A DNA stretch of 64,000 bases from Candidatus Multivorans sp. Its GTDB lineage: Bacteria; Acidobacteriota; Thermoanaerobaculia; Multivoradales; Multivoraceae. This document shows, piece by piece, positions 1 through 9,971 of the stretch (position 1 is its first letter; each line of letters begins with the position of its first letter). Below the pieces are notes generated by a model. That model had not been told where the DNA came from and ran no database searches. It saw only the letters and a list, made by a program, of their open reading frames with translations. The DNA is taken from NCBI GenBank assembly GCA_965262355.1, contig OZ253534.1, positions 1,280,845 to 1,344,844 on the forward strand. Direction: 5' to 3'. The translations under genes were made by a program, and so were the position numbers.

Positions 1-423
1 AACGCGATCCTCGAAGCCCAGTACGAGGCCCAGGGACGGGACACGCCGCCCGGCCTGGGTCAGGCAACCGAACTCGGCCGGCGCATCTGGGACGGCGGCC
101 TGCCGGTGCTCGACGACCTCCACAACCTGAGCTACGGCTGGGTCCCCGAGAGCGGCGCCGACGCCACCGACGAGGAACTGCTGGAATACAAGGTCGAGCG
201 CTACGCCCAGGGCCTGCGCGACCTCCGCCCCGGCGTGACGATGGTCATCATGCACTCCACCGATCCGAGCGAGAACTTCAAGTACATCTCCAGCTCCGGC
301 CCCAGCCGCAAGGGCGACATGCTGGCGATGCTCGACCCCCGCCTCAGGCAGGTGATCGAGGAAGAGGGACTGGTCCTCACCACCTTCCGCGAGCTGAAGG
401 AAAGGCGGGACCGCGTCGACTAG
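1..423 (+). CDS. C-terminal part (5' end outside window) of a ChbG/YdjC/HpnK-like carbohydrate deacetylase
   Basis: Frame 1 is open from nt 1 to the stop at 421-423. C-terminal motifs (VIMHSTD ... R..L.AL..P.V...I...G..L..F.EL) fit the YdjC/ChbG family. Family assignment is from memory, not from a search. Confidence 0.4.
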   Translation, partial: NAILEAQYEAQGRDTPPGLGQATELGRRIWDGGLPVLDDLHNLSYGWVPESGADATDEELLEYKVERYAQGLRDLRPGVTMVIMHSTDPSENFKYISSSGPSRKGDMLAMLDPRLRQVIEEEGLVLTTFRELKERRDRVD

Positions 424-723
424 CAACCGGCTCCTCCGGCCCGGTGGCGATCACTCCGCCGAACAGGCGGCAGCAGTCTGGTTGATTCAGGCGAAACGGT
501 TGCTCGACTCAGCCGATCTGCCCACCCACCTGACGGCCGTTCGACCAACTCAGGAGGGACATCTGGTCACGCTCAAGCTTCCAACCGGCACGAGTCCTGA
601 GACCACAAACGCCATCCTCGAGTGGGCCCTCGAAGCAGCGGCCCGGGTACTCCGGGGGAATCCCCAGCCCTCCGACGCCGAGGTCTACAAGGCGGCTCGG
701 AGCCTTCCGCGCCGCGCTAGCTC

Positions 724-1563
724 CTAGCTGGTGATGCGCTGGAACCTCGGCGGCCGGCGCTCGACGAAGGAGGCGACGCCTTCCTTGAAGTCGTCGCGCT
801 GCAGGCTCTCGGCCATCAACTGGTTTGACTCGCGCAGGGCGTCGCCGGTGTCCATCATCAGGTGGCGGTAGACCTGCTGCTTGATGACCTTGAGCGATTT
901 CGGCGCGGAGCGCTCGGCCAGAGCCTTGATGTAGTTCCGGGCCTCGGGGACGACCCGGTCGTGCGGCACGGAGCGATTGACGACGCCCATCTGGGCTGCC
1001 TCCGGACCGTAGAACTTGCGCCCGGTCCACAGGATGTCCAGCGCGTTGGACGGACCGGCGACGCGCGGCAGGATCCAGCTCAAGCCGTGCTCGGCGATCA
1101 GGCCGCGGTTGACGAAGGCGGACGCGAAGACGGCGCGGTCGGATGCGATGCGGATGTCGCACAGCATCGCGACGGCGAAACCCAGACCGGCGCAGGGGCC
1201 GTTGATCGCCGCGACGATCGGCTTGCGCACCGCCATCAGGTAGTTGAAGGTGACGCCGAAGTTGTCTTCGCCCATCTCCTCGATCGCCCCGGCCTGGGCG
1301 TCCTCGAAGGTCGCACCCCCGCTGCCGCGCTCGCCGCGGCTGGTGGCCTGGAGGCCCTGCATGTCCGCGCCGGCGCAGAAACCGCGGCCGGCGCCGGTGA
1401 GCAGGATGCCGACCGCCCGCTCGTCCTGCTCGGCGGCCGCCATCGCGTGCTTCATCTCGGCCATCATGCTGCCGGTGATCGCGTTCAGTTGCTCCGGCCG
1501 GTTGAGAGTGATCGTGGCGATGGGATCGTCTACGTCGTACTTGATCAGTTCGTACTCGGTCAT
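724..1563 (-). CDS. enoyl-CoA hydratase/isomerase (crotonase) family protein
   Basis: 279 aa. ITLNRPEQLNA and GxGxxFCAGADM oxyanion-hole motifs; typical crotonase length. Confidence 0.9.
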   Translation of the reverse strand: MTEYELIKYDVDDPIATITLNRPEQLNAITGSMMAEMKHAMAAAEQDERAVGILLTGAGRGFCAGADMQGLQATSRGERGSGGATFEDAQAGAIEEMGEDNFGVTFNYLMAVRKPIVAAINGPCAGLGFAVAMLCDIRIASDRAVFASAFVNRGLIAEHGLSWILPRVAGPSNALDILWTGRKFYGPEAAQMGVVNRSVPHDRVVPEARNYIKALAERSAPKSLKVIKQQVYRHLMMDTGDALRESNQLMAESLQRDDFKEGVASFVERRPPRFQRITS

Positions 1564-1742
1564 GCCTTGGCCTCCAGCGGCTGTTCGAGATGAGCGGCCA
1601 AGAGTAACGCAACCCGATGGCCGCTAAGCCCGCATACTTCACCGAGGTCCGTAGCGAGGGCGTGGAGGCGCGACATCCCTGAAATATGCGGGCTAACATG
1701 GCCCAACGCCCTGGAACGCACGCCGCATTGAAGGAGAACGTC

Positions 1743-2579
1743 ATGCCTCGAACTTCAACAACCGGCGACGACTGTCGCACGGCCATGCCGGCGCCGCTTG
1801 CTCTGGTCGCCGCGGCGCTGTTCGTGGCCTGCGCCGGCCCCGAACCCGAACCGGCGCCCCGACCCGAGCCCCCGCCCGGCACGTCCGAACGGCTCGAGAT
1901 CGTCGACCGCGCGATCGAACTCCACGGCGGCGAACTGTTCGAGCAGTCCCGGGTCAAGCTGACGGTGGCTTCGCGATCCGGGAGCTTCGACGTCGACTCG
2001 ATGGTCGACGGCGACCGCTTCGAGTACCGGATCCGCGCCTCGAACGGCAGCGACGAACGGGAGTACCGGCGCGACAACATGGCGCTCAAGGTGACGGAGA
2101 GCGGCGAGCCGATGGAGATGGAGGAGGCGGAGCACGTGCGCGCCGAGAGCTACGTCAACCAGCGCATGTACTTCCTCTTCCTGCCCTACAAGCTGAACGA
2201 TCCCGGCGCCTACAAGGAGGACCAGGGCCTCGAGGAGTGGCACGGCAGGCAACTGCACCGCGTCCGCGTCACCTTCGAACCTGGCGCCAGCGACGGCGCG
2301 GACAGCGCCTACGTCTACTGGTTCGATCCCGAGACCGCCCGCCTCGAGCAGTTCGCGTACGACTACAGCGAAGGCGCCGGGCTCCGCTTCCGGGTGCTGA
2401 CGAACTACCGGCGGATCGGCGGCCTGCTGTTCTACGACGCGGACAACTACGGCCTGAACACAGCCGACGGCGGCCTGACCGTCGACGACATCAACCCGGT
2501 CTACGTCGGGGAGGAGTTGCCCCTCGTCTCCCAGATCGAACTGCGCGACATCGATGTGGAACGGACCGGCGCCAGTTGA
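1743..2579 (+). CDS. hypothetical lipoprotein
   Basis: AGGAGA RBS 6 nt upstream of the ATG at 1743. Signal peptide with lipobox (LFVACAG). Realistic amino-acid composition, whereas the antisense ORF 1755..2618 is Arg/Gly-rich. Confidence 0.55.
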   Translation: MPRTSTTGDDCRTAMPAPLALVAAALFVACAGPEPEPAPRPEPPPGTSERLEIVDRAIELHGGELFEQSRVKLTVASRSGSFDVDSMVDGDRFEYRIRASNGSDEREYRRDNMALKVTESGEPMEMEEAEHVRAESYVNQRMYFLFLPYKLNDPGAYKEDQGLEEWHGRQLHRVRVTFEPGASDGADSAYVYWFDPETARLEQFAYDYSEGAGLRFRVLTNYRRIGGLLFYDADNYGLNTADGGLTVDDINPVYVGEELPLVSQIELRDIDVERTGAS

Positions 2580-3049
2580 AGGTGCGCTTCGCCACGGCCA
2601 TCGCCGGCCTCGCCGCACTTCTGCTGTTCGCCTCCTGCGAACCGCCGGCGCTCGAGGAACCGGCCCCGGAGTTCGACCCCCAGACCGTCGCGGCGGCGGT
2701 GCTCGATGTGCTCGACATGCAGGTGGAAGCCTGGAACGAGGGCGACATCGACGCCTTCATGGCCGGCTATCTGAACAGCGACGAACTGCGGTTCACGTCG
2801 GGCAACGAGGTCCATCGCGGCTGGAGACAGACCCGTCAGCGCTACCACCAGAGGTACCCCGACCGCGCCGCGATGGGAACGCTCGGCTTCGAGAACCTGG
2901 ACGTGCGCGTGCTCTCCGAGCATGCCGCCATGGTCTTCGGCCGCTTCCGGTTGACGCGCAAGGCCGACGAACCGACCGGGCTGTTCACCCTGCTGTTCGA
3001 GCAGCACGGCGAGCAGTGGCTGATCGTCGCCGACCACACCTCGCAGTAG
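2576..3049 (+). CDS. NTF2-like (SnoaL/DUF4440-like) lipoprotein
   Basis: TTG/GTG start overlapping the upstream stop. Lipobox LLFASC. NTF2-fold-like sequence (EAWNEGDIDAFMAGY ... WLIVADH). Confidence 0.55.
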   Translation: MKVRFATAIAGLAALLLFASCEPPALEEPAPEFDPQTVAAAVLDVLDMQVEAWNEGDIDAFMAGYLNSDELRFTSGNEVHRGWRQTRQRYHQRYPDRAAMGTLGFENLDVRVLSEHAAMVFGRFRLTRKADEPTGLFTLLFEQHGEQWLIVADHTSQ

Positions 3050-3082
3050 CGGCGATACGCTCGCCACTGGTAAACGAAGACG

Positions 3083-4120
3083 ATGAGAGAGCCAAGCGTG
3101 ATCTTGATGGGCACGGCGTCGGTCCTGACCCTGGGACTGGCCACCTTCGCCCTCGAGGGACCCCGCATCCAGGCCGAGATCGAGGCGCGAACGGCGGCGG
3201 CGCTGGCCGACGTCGGCGTCCGCAACCTGAGTGTGCAGGCGAAGGGGCGCGACGTGACGCTCTCCGGCACGGTCGCCTTCGCCGAGATCGGAATCGAGGC
3301 GGCGCGGCGCGTGGCAGCGACACCCGGCGTGCGCAAACTCGACAACCGGCTGGAGATGGCCATCGGTCCCTCCTTCGAGTTCGCTCCCGACGGCGACATC
3401 TGGTTGCTCCGGGGCAAGATGCCGACGCCCGAGACCAGGCAGGAGCTGTTCGACGCCGCCGCCGCCATCGTCGGCCAGGGCAACGTGATCGACGAGACCG
3501 AAGTCGACAGCTCCGTGACCGAACCTCCCTGGCTGTCGACGCTGCCGAGGCTGATCCAGCTTCTGCGCCGCCTGGACGGCGCTCCGGGCCTGCGGCTCGA
3601 GGACAGGACGCTGACGCTGACCGGTCACACCTCCAGCGAGGGCCTGCGCGACCACCTGGTGTTCGAGATCACCTCGATCGGCGCCGGGGCCAATGCCAAC
3701 TGGAACATCGCCAATCGGATGAGGATCTCGCCCGTGGCCGTAAACCACAGAGCGGAGGACCGCATCCGCGGCGTCCTGGAACGAGGGCCGATCGAGTTCG
3801 AGGACGGCACGTCGACGCTCACCGCGGAGGCCACGACCAGGATCGACGAGATCGGCGCCGCGCTGGCCAACGTCTCCGACATCCGCGTCGAGATCCTCGC
3901 CCACACCGACGCCGGCGGCGACCCGGCGGCAAACCGGACGCTCAGTCTCGAACAGGCAAGGGCCGTGCGCGACGTACTCTCAGCCAGCATTCATCCGGAC
4001 CGGTTGCTGGCGGTCGGTTACGGCAGCGACCGCCCGCTTCCGGCGGACGGCGACAACACAACAGACACCGGCGGCGCCCCGACTCGCCGCATCGAGTTCC
4101 GCGTTCTTCACCGTCCCTGA
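3083..4120 (+). CDS. BON-domain protein with C-terminal OmpA-like peptidoglycan-binding domain
   Basis: Two BON-like segments (VTLSGTV / LTLTGHT). C-terminal OmpA_C signature (EILAHTDAGGDPAANRTLSLEQARAVRDVL ... VGYGSDRP). Confidence 0.75.
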   Translation: MREPSVILMGTASVLTLGLATFALEGPRIQAEIEARTAAALADVGVRNLSVQAKGRDVTLSGTVAFAEIGIEAARRVAATPGVRKLDNRLEMAIGPSFEFAPDGDIWLLRGKMPTPETRQELFDAAAAIVGQGNVIDETEVDSSVTEPPWLSTLPRLIQLLRRLDGAPGLRLEDRTLTLTGHTSSEGLRDHLVFEITSIGAGANANWNIANRMRISPVAVNHRAEDRIRGVLERGPIEFEDGTSTLTAEATTRIDEIGAALANVSDIRVEILAHTDAGGDPAANRTLSLEQARAVRDVLSASIHPDRLLAVGYGSDRPLPADGDNTTDTGGAPTRRIEFRVLHRP

Positions 4121-4130
4121 ACCGCCACCG

Positions 4131-4325
4131 ATGCTCTACGTCCTTCTCGAAATCTGGATCTGGGTCGCCGCCGCGGCGCTCGTCGGCGCGATCTTCGGCT
4201 GGTGGATGCGCAGCATCCGGGCCGGCAGGCAGGTTGCCCGCGAAGCGATGATCTGGCAGCGCCGGCTGAAGCGCCAGAAGAGACTCGCTGCCCGCGAACG
4301 GCAGAAGCCGGAAGGCCGTGATTAG
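4131..4325 (+). CDS. small membrane protein (one TM helix, basic tail)
   Basis: 64 aa: hydrophobic helix followed by an Arg/Lys-rich tail. Immediately downstream of the OmpA-like gene. Confidence 0.35.
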   Translation: MLYVLLEIWIWVAAAALVGAIFGWWMRSIRAGRQVAREAMIWQRRLKRQKRLAARERQKPEGRD

Positions 4326-5764
4326 TCGCCGCCGGTGCGGAGATCGAACTCCGACGGCGCCACCACGACTCCGGCCCGGTGCTGCAAAGCGCGCGACGTG
4401 ACGTCCGCCAGGACCTCCGGCTGCTCGGCCGCGATATCCCACTGCTCGCCGGGGTCGAGCGCCAGGTCGTAGAGCAGGGGCGGATCCTGTTCCGTTCGTT
4501 CGCCGGCAAGACCGTACGCGCCCTGGGTGATGAAGTGCGCCTTGTAGTTCCCGACCCGGTAGGCGTAGAGCTCGCTGCCGCGGTAGAACGGCATCTCCCG
4601 GCGCGGCCCTCCCCCCTCGCCTCGGAGCACCGGTCCCAGATCGAGGCTGTCCATCGGCCGGTCGTCCGGCATGGCGCCGCCGGAAAGGGCAAGGAAGGTC
4701 GCAAACACGTCGCTGGTCGACCCGATCTCGTCCGTGACCACGTCCGGGGCGATCGTTCCGGGCCACCAGAACAGCCCTGGCACCCGCACGCCGCCGTCCC
4801 AGGTCATTCCCTTGCCTTCGCGGAGCGGCCCGGCCAGACCGCCCTGCGTACGGAAGGCGGTCCACGGGCCGTTGTCGCTGCTGAACAACACCACCGTGTT
4901 CTCGGCGATCCCCTCCTCCTCGAGGGTGTCGAGGATGCGGCCCACGCTCCAGTCGATCTCTTCGATCACGTCGCCGTAGAGCCCGGCGCCGCTGTGGCCC
5001 TCGAAGTCCGGCGCCCTGAAGAGCGGCACGTGGGGCATGCTGTGCGGCAGGTAAACGAAGAAGGGCTCGTCCCGGTGGGCGCGGATGAAGTCGACTGCCT
5101 CCTCGGCGTAGCGCTTCGTGATCGTGGTCTGGTCCGCGGGCTGCTCAAGCGTTTCCGTGACCACCTCGCCGGCCTCGTCGCGCTCTGAGCGAATGAGAGG
5201 CACGTCCCAGTACTCGATCTTCGGGTCGACGAAGGCGGCGCGGCGCTCCCCCGGCGCCCGGGTCGACATCATGTCGTTCGAGTAGGGAATGCCGAACCAG
5301 TAGTCGAAGCCGTGCCGGGTCGGCAGGTACTGCGGGCGATCGCCCAGGTGCCACTTGCCGAACATTCCGGTCGCGTAGCCGAGGTCGCTCAGCGCCTCGG
5401 CGATCGTGACCTCCTCGTCCTGGATGCCGCCCACGAAGTCCGGGAACAGCACCCGGGCCCGATCGCCGTAGAGCCCGTTGCGCACCGGCAACCGCCCGGT
5501 CAGCAACCCCGCCCGGCTCGGCGAACAGACCGAAGCCGTGACGTAGAAGTTCGTCCAGCGCTGACCCTCCGCCGCCATCCGATCGAGATTCGGCGTCCTG
5601 ATCACCGGCGCGCCGTAGCTGCCGAGATCGCCCCAACCCAGGTCGTCGGCGAACACGACGACGAAGTTGGGGGGGCGGTCGGAGGCGATGTCGGCGGACG
5701 GCGGCGAACCGCACGCGGCCAGCAGCAGAACGGCAGGAAGAGCGAAGCGGACGGTTTGTGACAT
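4322..5764 (-). CDS. arylsulfatase-family sulfatase (lipoprotein)
   Basis: Sulfatase signature C-S-P-S-R (FGly site) within VTASVCSPSRAGLLTGR. Lipobox LLAACGS. 480 aa. Confidence 0.9.
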   Translation of the reverse strand: MSQTVRFALPAVLLLAACGSPPSADIASDRPPNFVVVFADDLGWGDLGSYGAPVIRTPNLDRMAAEGQRWTNFYVTASVCSPSRAGLLTGRLPVRNGLYGDRARVLFPDFVGGIQDEEVTIAEALSDLGYATGMFGKWHLGDRPQYLPTRHGFDYWFGIPYSNDMMSTRAPGERRAAFVDPKIEYWDVPLIRSERDEAGEVVTETLEQPADQTTITKRYAEEAVDFIRAHRDEPFFVYLPHSMPHVPLFRAPDFEGHSGAGLYGDVIEEIDWSVGRILDTLEEEGIAENTVVLFSSDNGPWTAFRTQGGLAGPLREGKGMTWDGGVRVPGLFWWPGTIAPDVVTDEIGSTSDVFATFLALSGGAMPDDRPMDSLDLGPVLRGEGGGPRREMPFYRGSELYAYRVGNYKAHFITQGAYGLAGERTEQDPPLLYDLALDPGEQWDIAAEQPEVLADVTSRALQHRAGVVVAPSEFDLRTGGD

Positions 5765-5862
5765 GCGGGCAGTCTACGAGAGAGCGGACGTGGGCCGCGG
5801 CGGTCGCGAAGAGGCAGTAGGATCGCCAACTTCCGCCCCAGGAACCGACCGGAAACGCAGCT

Positions 5863-7038
5863 ATGACCCCAACCCGAATCGACGAAGCCCGCGCCCTCGA
5901 CCACCTGATGGACCTGCTCGCGATCGAGGGGTTGAGCGGACGTGAAGCCAAGGTCGCGGCGGCGGTCCGCGAGAAGCTGCTCGCCGCGGGCTGCGAGCCG
6001 TCCTGGATCGGGCATGACAACGCGAACGAGCGGATCCCCGGTGACTACGAGGTCGGCAACCTGATCGTCGACCTGCCCGGCACAAGGCCGGGCCCGCGGC
6101 GGCTGTTCATGGGTCACATGGACACGGTGCCGCTCTGCCGCGGCGCGGTGCCGGTGCGCCGCAACGCTCGGATCGAGGCGGAGGGGGACACGGCGCTGGG
6201 CGGCGACAACCGGACCTCGATCGGCGCCCTGGTGACGATGATCGAGACGCTGCTCGCGCAGGACACGCCAAGGCCCCCGATCACCGTGCTGATGACGGTC
6301 GGCGAGGAGGTCGGACTGTGGGGCGCGCGGACCGTGGAACTGGAGCGCCTCGGCACTCCCGAGATGGGCTTCAACATCGACTCCGGCGCGCCGCACGTCG
6401 TGATCATCGGCGCCACCGGGGCCGACCGCTGGCAGGTCGACATCCATGGCAAGTCCTCGCATGCGGGCGTTCATCCCGAGCACGGAATCTCCGCGGCGCT
6501 GATCGCCTCGCGCGCGGTCGCCGACGTCGCCGCCCAGGGCTTCTTCGGCAAGATCGAGCTGCCGGCCGGCGCCGGCACCTCGAACATCGGCCGGATGACC
6601 GGCGGCGAGGCCAGCAACCAGGTCACGGACCACGTCTTCGTCTCCGGCGAGTCGCGCAGCCACGACAAGGCATTCCTCGCGCAGATCACGGCGGCCTACC
6701 GAGGCGCCTTCGAAAGCGCCGCCAGGAGCGTCACAAGCGCCGACGGAACCTGCGGCCGCGTCGACTTCCGCGCCGAGCAGGACTACGAGGCGTTCGAGAT
6801 GCCTGTCGAATCGCCGCCGGCGCAACTCGCCGCAGCACAGATCCGAGCCGTCCTGGGCGCCGACCCGGCGTTCTCGGTCGTCAACGGCGGACTCGACGCG
6901 AACTACCTGAACGCCAAGGGTCTGCCCACGGTGACCCTGGGCGCCGGACAGCACAACCCCCACACCGTGGACGAGTACGTCGATGTGCGGGAGTACCTCG
7001 ACGGCTGCCATTTGATCGCCGCCATCGCCGCGGCCTGA
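5863..7038 (+). CDS. M20/M42-family metallopeptidase (peptidase T-like)
   Basis: GHMDTVP and GGDNRTSIGALV metal-binding motifs typical of M20 hydrolases. 391 aa. Confidence 0.8.
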   Translation: MTPTRIDEARALDHLMDLLAIEGLSGREAKVAAAVREKLLAAGCEPSWIGHDNANERIPGDYEVGNLIVDLPGTRPGPRRLFMGHMDTVPLCRGAVPVRRNARIEAEGDTALGGDNRTSIGALVTMIETLLAQDTPRPPITVLMTVGEEVGLWGARTVELERLGTPEMGFNIDSGAPHVVIIGATGADRWQVDIHGKSSHAGVHPEHGISAALIASRAVADVAAQGFFGKIELPAGAGTSNIGRMTGGEASNQVTDHVFVSGESRSHDKAFLAQITAAYRGAFESAARSVTSADGTCGRVDFRAEQDYEAFEMPVESPPAQLAAAQIRAVLGADPAFSVVNGGLDANYLNAKGLPTVTLGAGQHNPHTVDEYVDVREYLDGCHLIAAIAAA

Positions 7039-7077
7039 TTGCCTGCCACTGACTGCCAGCCACCTGGAGGCCCCCGA

Positions 7078-7995
7078 ATGAACACGCGCATGCTCCACGA
7101 GAAAGTGATCGTCGTCACCGGCGCCGGCCGCGGCATCGGCCGCGACATCGCCCTGCTGGCGGCCGCCCACGGCGCGTCGGTGATCGTCAACGACCTCGGC
7201 GGTTCGGAGCGCGGCGACGGCGCCGACCAGACGCCGGCCCAGGGCGTCGTCGACGAGATCGTGGCCGCGGGCGGACGCGGCGCCGCGAACTACGAGAGCG
7301 TCGCCGACTTCGACGCCGCCGGCCGCATCGTCGAGCAGGCTCTCGACTGCTACGGGCAGATCGACGGCATCGTCAACAACGCCGGCATCCTCCGCGACGG
7401 CATCTTCCACAAGATGACCGAGAGCGACTGGGACGCCGTGATCGCCGTCCACCTGAAGGGCAGCTTCAACATGGCGCGGGCCGCCGCCCCCCACTACCGC
7501 AAGCAGATCGGCGGCGCCTTCGTCCACATGACCTCGACCTCGGGGCTGATCGGCAACTTCGGCCAGGCGAACTACGCCGCCGCGAAGCTCGGGATCGTCG
7601 GGCTGTCCAAGTCTCTGGCGCTCGACATGCAGCGCTTCGAAGTGCGCTCGAACTGCATCGCGCCCTTCGCCTGGTCGCGGCTGATCGGGACGATTCCGAC
7701 CGCGGACCCGGCCCAGGCCGCCCGGGTGGCGAAGATGCAGGCGATGACTCCGGCCCTGGTCGCGCCTCTTGCGGTCTACCTGTTGAGCGACTCGGCGAAG
7801 GACGTGAGCGGTCAGATCTTCGCGGTGCGCAAGAACGAGATCTTCCTGATGAGCCAGCCGCGGCCGATCCGCTCGGTCCACAACGGCGACGGCTGGACCC
7901 CGGAGGCGATCGCCGAGCACGGCATGCCCGCCCTGGCCGGGTCGTTCCACGACCTCGACCGGACCACCGACGTGTTCACCTGGGATCCGACGTAG
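7078..7995 (+). CDS. SDR-family NAD(P)-dependent oxidoreductase (MFE-2-type 3-hydroxyacyl-CoA dehydrogenase-like)
   Basis: TGAGRGIGR Rossmann motif and YAAAK catalytic motif. GGAGG RBS upstream of the ATG at 7078. Confidence 0.85.
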   Translation: MNTRMLHEKVIVVTGAGRGIGRDIALLAAAHGASVIVNDLGGSERGDGADQTPAQGVVDEIVAAGGRGAANYESVADFDAAGRIVEQALDCYGQIDGIVNNAGILRDGIFHKMTESDWDAVIAVHLKGSFNMARAAAPHYRKQIGGAFVHMTSTSGLIGNFGQANYAAAKLGIVGLSKSLALDMQRFEVRSNCIAPFAWSRLIGTIPTADPAQAARVAKMQAMTPALVAPLAVYLLSDSAKDVSGQIFAVRKNEIFLMSQPRPIRSVHNGDGWTPEAIAEHGMPALAGSFHDLDRTTDVFTWDPT

Positions 7996-8014
7996 CGCCG
8001 CAGGCGCCTAGCTG

Positions 8015-8701
8015 CTAACGGGCAGAGCGCGCCACCAGGTCCCGCGCCGCCGCCCTCCAGTCCGTCACGTCGAAGCGGAATCCCGATTCCGTGATGCGGC
8101 GGGGAACCACGCGACGACTCTTGAGGATCAGCTCGGTCTCCGTCCGCATGGCGAAAGTGCCCATCTCGAGCATCCACCTGGTGGCCGGAAGGCCGATCGG
8201 TACGCGAGCGGCCCGGCGCAGTTCGCGGATGAAATCGCGCTGCGGCAACGGCCCGGGCGACGCCACGTTCACGGGGCCCGAGAGATCGTCATGGCTCAAC
8301 AACCAGTACACCCCGCGTACCAGATCGCGGTCGTGGACCCAGGAAACGTACTGACGGCCGTTGCCCCACCAGCCGCCTAGGCCGAGGCGGGTCAGCCCAA
8401 GGATCAGTCGAAACGGCGAGCCGGCATCCGGCGACATGACGATCGCGGTTCGCATCGCGACTCGCCTGGTGCCCGGGGTGTCGGCTTCATCCAGCGTGCG
8501 CTCCCAGGCCTTCGCAACGTCGATGCTCGCCTTCCAGACCCGCGGAAGATCGGGCTCGCCGCCGCCGAGGACGCCGGCGACGTCGTCGTGGGCCTGCTCG
8601 GTGTGGTGGCTGTAGATCGTCGCGGTCGATGCCTGAAGCCAGACCCGCGGCGGCTTGGCGGCACCGCCGACGTTCTCCGTTTCCGCTGCGGCCGTCTGGC
8701 C
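8015..8701 (-). pseudogene. N-terminally truncated YfcH/DUF1731-family NAD-dependent epimerase/dehydratase remnant
   Basis: The frame is open from 8015 up to the in-frame stop at 8702-8704, which is also the thiolase stop. The sequence aligns with E. coli YfcH from about residue 105 onward (SATGYYG-like to the C-terminus). The ~100-aa Rossmann GxxGxxG N-terminus is absent. Confidence 0.55.
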
Positions 8702-9883
8702 TCACGCCACCTCGAACAGCCCCGCCGCGCCCATGCCGCCGCCGACGCACATCGTCACCACGACGTTCTTGGCGCCGCGGCGCTTGCCCTCGATCAGCGC
8801 GTGGCCGACCATGCGCGCACCGCTCATGCCGTAGGGATGGCCGATCGAGATCGCGCCGCCGTTCACGTTCAGCTTGTCGTTCGGGATGCCCAGCCGGTCG
8901 CGGCAGTAGATGACCTGGACCGCGAAGGCCTCGTTGAGCTCCCAGAGGTCGATGTCGTCCATCGTCAGGCCCTGGCGCTCGAGCAGCTTGGGAACCGCGA
9001 AAACGGGGCCGATCCCCATCTCGTCCGGCTCGCAGCCGGCGACCGCCATGCCCCTGTAGATGCCGAGCGGCTCGATGCCCCGCTGCTCGGCCAGCTTCGA
9101 GTCCATGATCACGCACGCCGAGGCGCCGTCGGAGAGCTGGCTGGCGTTGCCCGCCGTGATCGTGCCGTTCTCGCGCACCGGCTTGAGCGAGGCAAGGCCC
9201 TCGATCGTGGTGCCCGGCCGGTTGCCCTCGTCCTGGCTCAGCTCGACCTCGCCGAAGCTGATGTCGCCGGTCGCCCGGTCGAGGATCATCTTCGTCGCCT
9301 TCATGGTGATGATCTCGTCGTCGAAGGCGCCCGATTCCTGGCCCGCCGCGGTCCGCTGCTGGCTCTGGAGCCCGTACTCGTCCTGCTGCTCGCGGGTCAC
9401 GCCGTAGCGCTTCGCCACGACCTCGGCGGTGTCGATCATCGGCATGTGGAGCGCCGGCTTGTTGTCCCGGATCCACGGATCGGGAGCGCGGAAGCCGTTC
9501 ATCTTGTCGTTCTGCACCAGGCTGATCGAGTCGATGCCGGCGGCGACGACGACCGGCGCCCGGTCGACGATGACCTGCTTGGCCGCGGTGGCAATCGACA
9601 TCAGGCCCGAGGAGCACTGGCGGTCCATCGTCATCCCCGACACCTCGACCGGCAGGCCGGCCCGGATCGCGGACTGGCGGCCTACGTTGAAGCCCTGGGT
9701 GCCCTGCTGCATGGCGCAGCCCATGACGACGTCGTCGACCTCGCCCTTTTCGATACCGGCTCGCTCGATGGCGGCGGAAATCGCGGCCGCACCCATCGTC
9801 GGCGATTCGAGATTGTTGAACGCGCCCCGGAAGGCCTTGCCGATCGGCGTGCGGGCGGTGGAAACGATGACGGCGTCAGTCAT
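8702..9883 (-). CDS. acetyl-CoA C-acyltransferase (thiolase)
   Basis: [18 protein letters not shown]-terminus and C-terminal thiolase signature (CVGGGMG). GGGAG RBS upstream of the start at 9883. Confidence 0.9.
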   Translation of the reverse strand: MTDAVIVSTARTPIGKAFRGAFNNLESPTMGAAAISAAIERAGIEKGEVDDVVMGCAMQQGTQGFNVGRQSAIRAGLPVEVSGMTMDRQCSSGLMSIATAAKQVIVDRAPVVVAAGIDSISLVQNDKMNGFRAPDPWIRDNKPALHMPMIDTAEVVAKRYGVTREQQDEYGLQSQQRTAAGQESGAFDDEIITMKATKMILDRATGDISFGEVELSQDEGNRPGTTIEGLASLKPVRENGTITAGNASQLSDGASACVIMDSKLAEQRGIEPLGIYRGMAVAGCEPDEMGIGPVFAVPKLLERQGLTMDDIDLWELNEAFAVQVIYCRDRLGIPNDKLNVNGGAISIGHPYGMSGARMVGHALIEGKRRGAKNVVVTMCVGGGMGAAGLFEVA

Positions 9884-9971
9884 GGAGAAACTCCCTAAGC
9901 TCGATTGGTTGCTGTGTGTTCGGTTCGGTGGAGCACAAAACAATAACACCTACCGTCCGTTCGGTCGGCCC

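Noticed and set aside
482-727. 81-aa TTG-start ORF between the deacetylase fragment and the crotonase
   Set aside because: No recognisable motif and no convincing RBS. It may be a real small protein, but the evidence is insufficient.
509-2089. 526-aa minus-strand ORF and many similar long ORFs (5602..7950, 8487..9617, 8588..9898, 9429..11012, 9895..11172, 16092..17636, 16191..17366, 18351..19670, 49487..50320, 50431..51507, 59405..61258, 61412..62581, 61477..63513, 62747..63760)
   Set aside because: Their translations are Arg/Gly/Pro/Ala-rich low-complexity sequence, typical of shadow frames in ~70% GC DNA. Each is fully overlapped by an ORF with a clear protein-family signature on the other strand or in another frame.
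1755-2618. 287-aa antisense ORF overlapping the lipoprotein gene
   Set aside because: Low-complexity composition. The plus-strand ORF has an RBS, a signal peptide/lipobox and normal composition.
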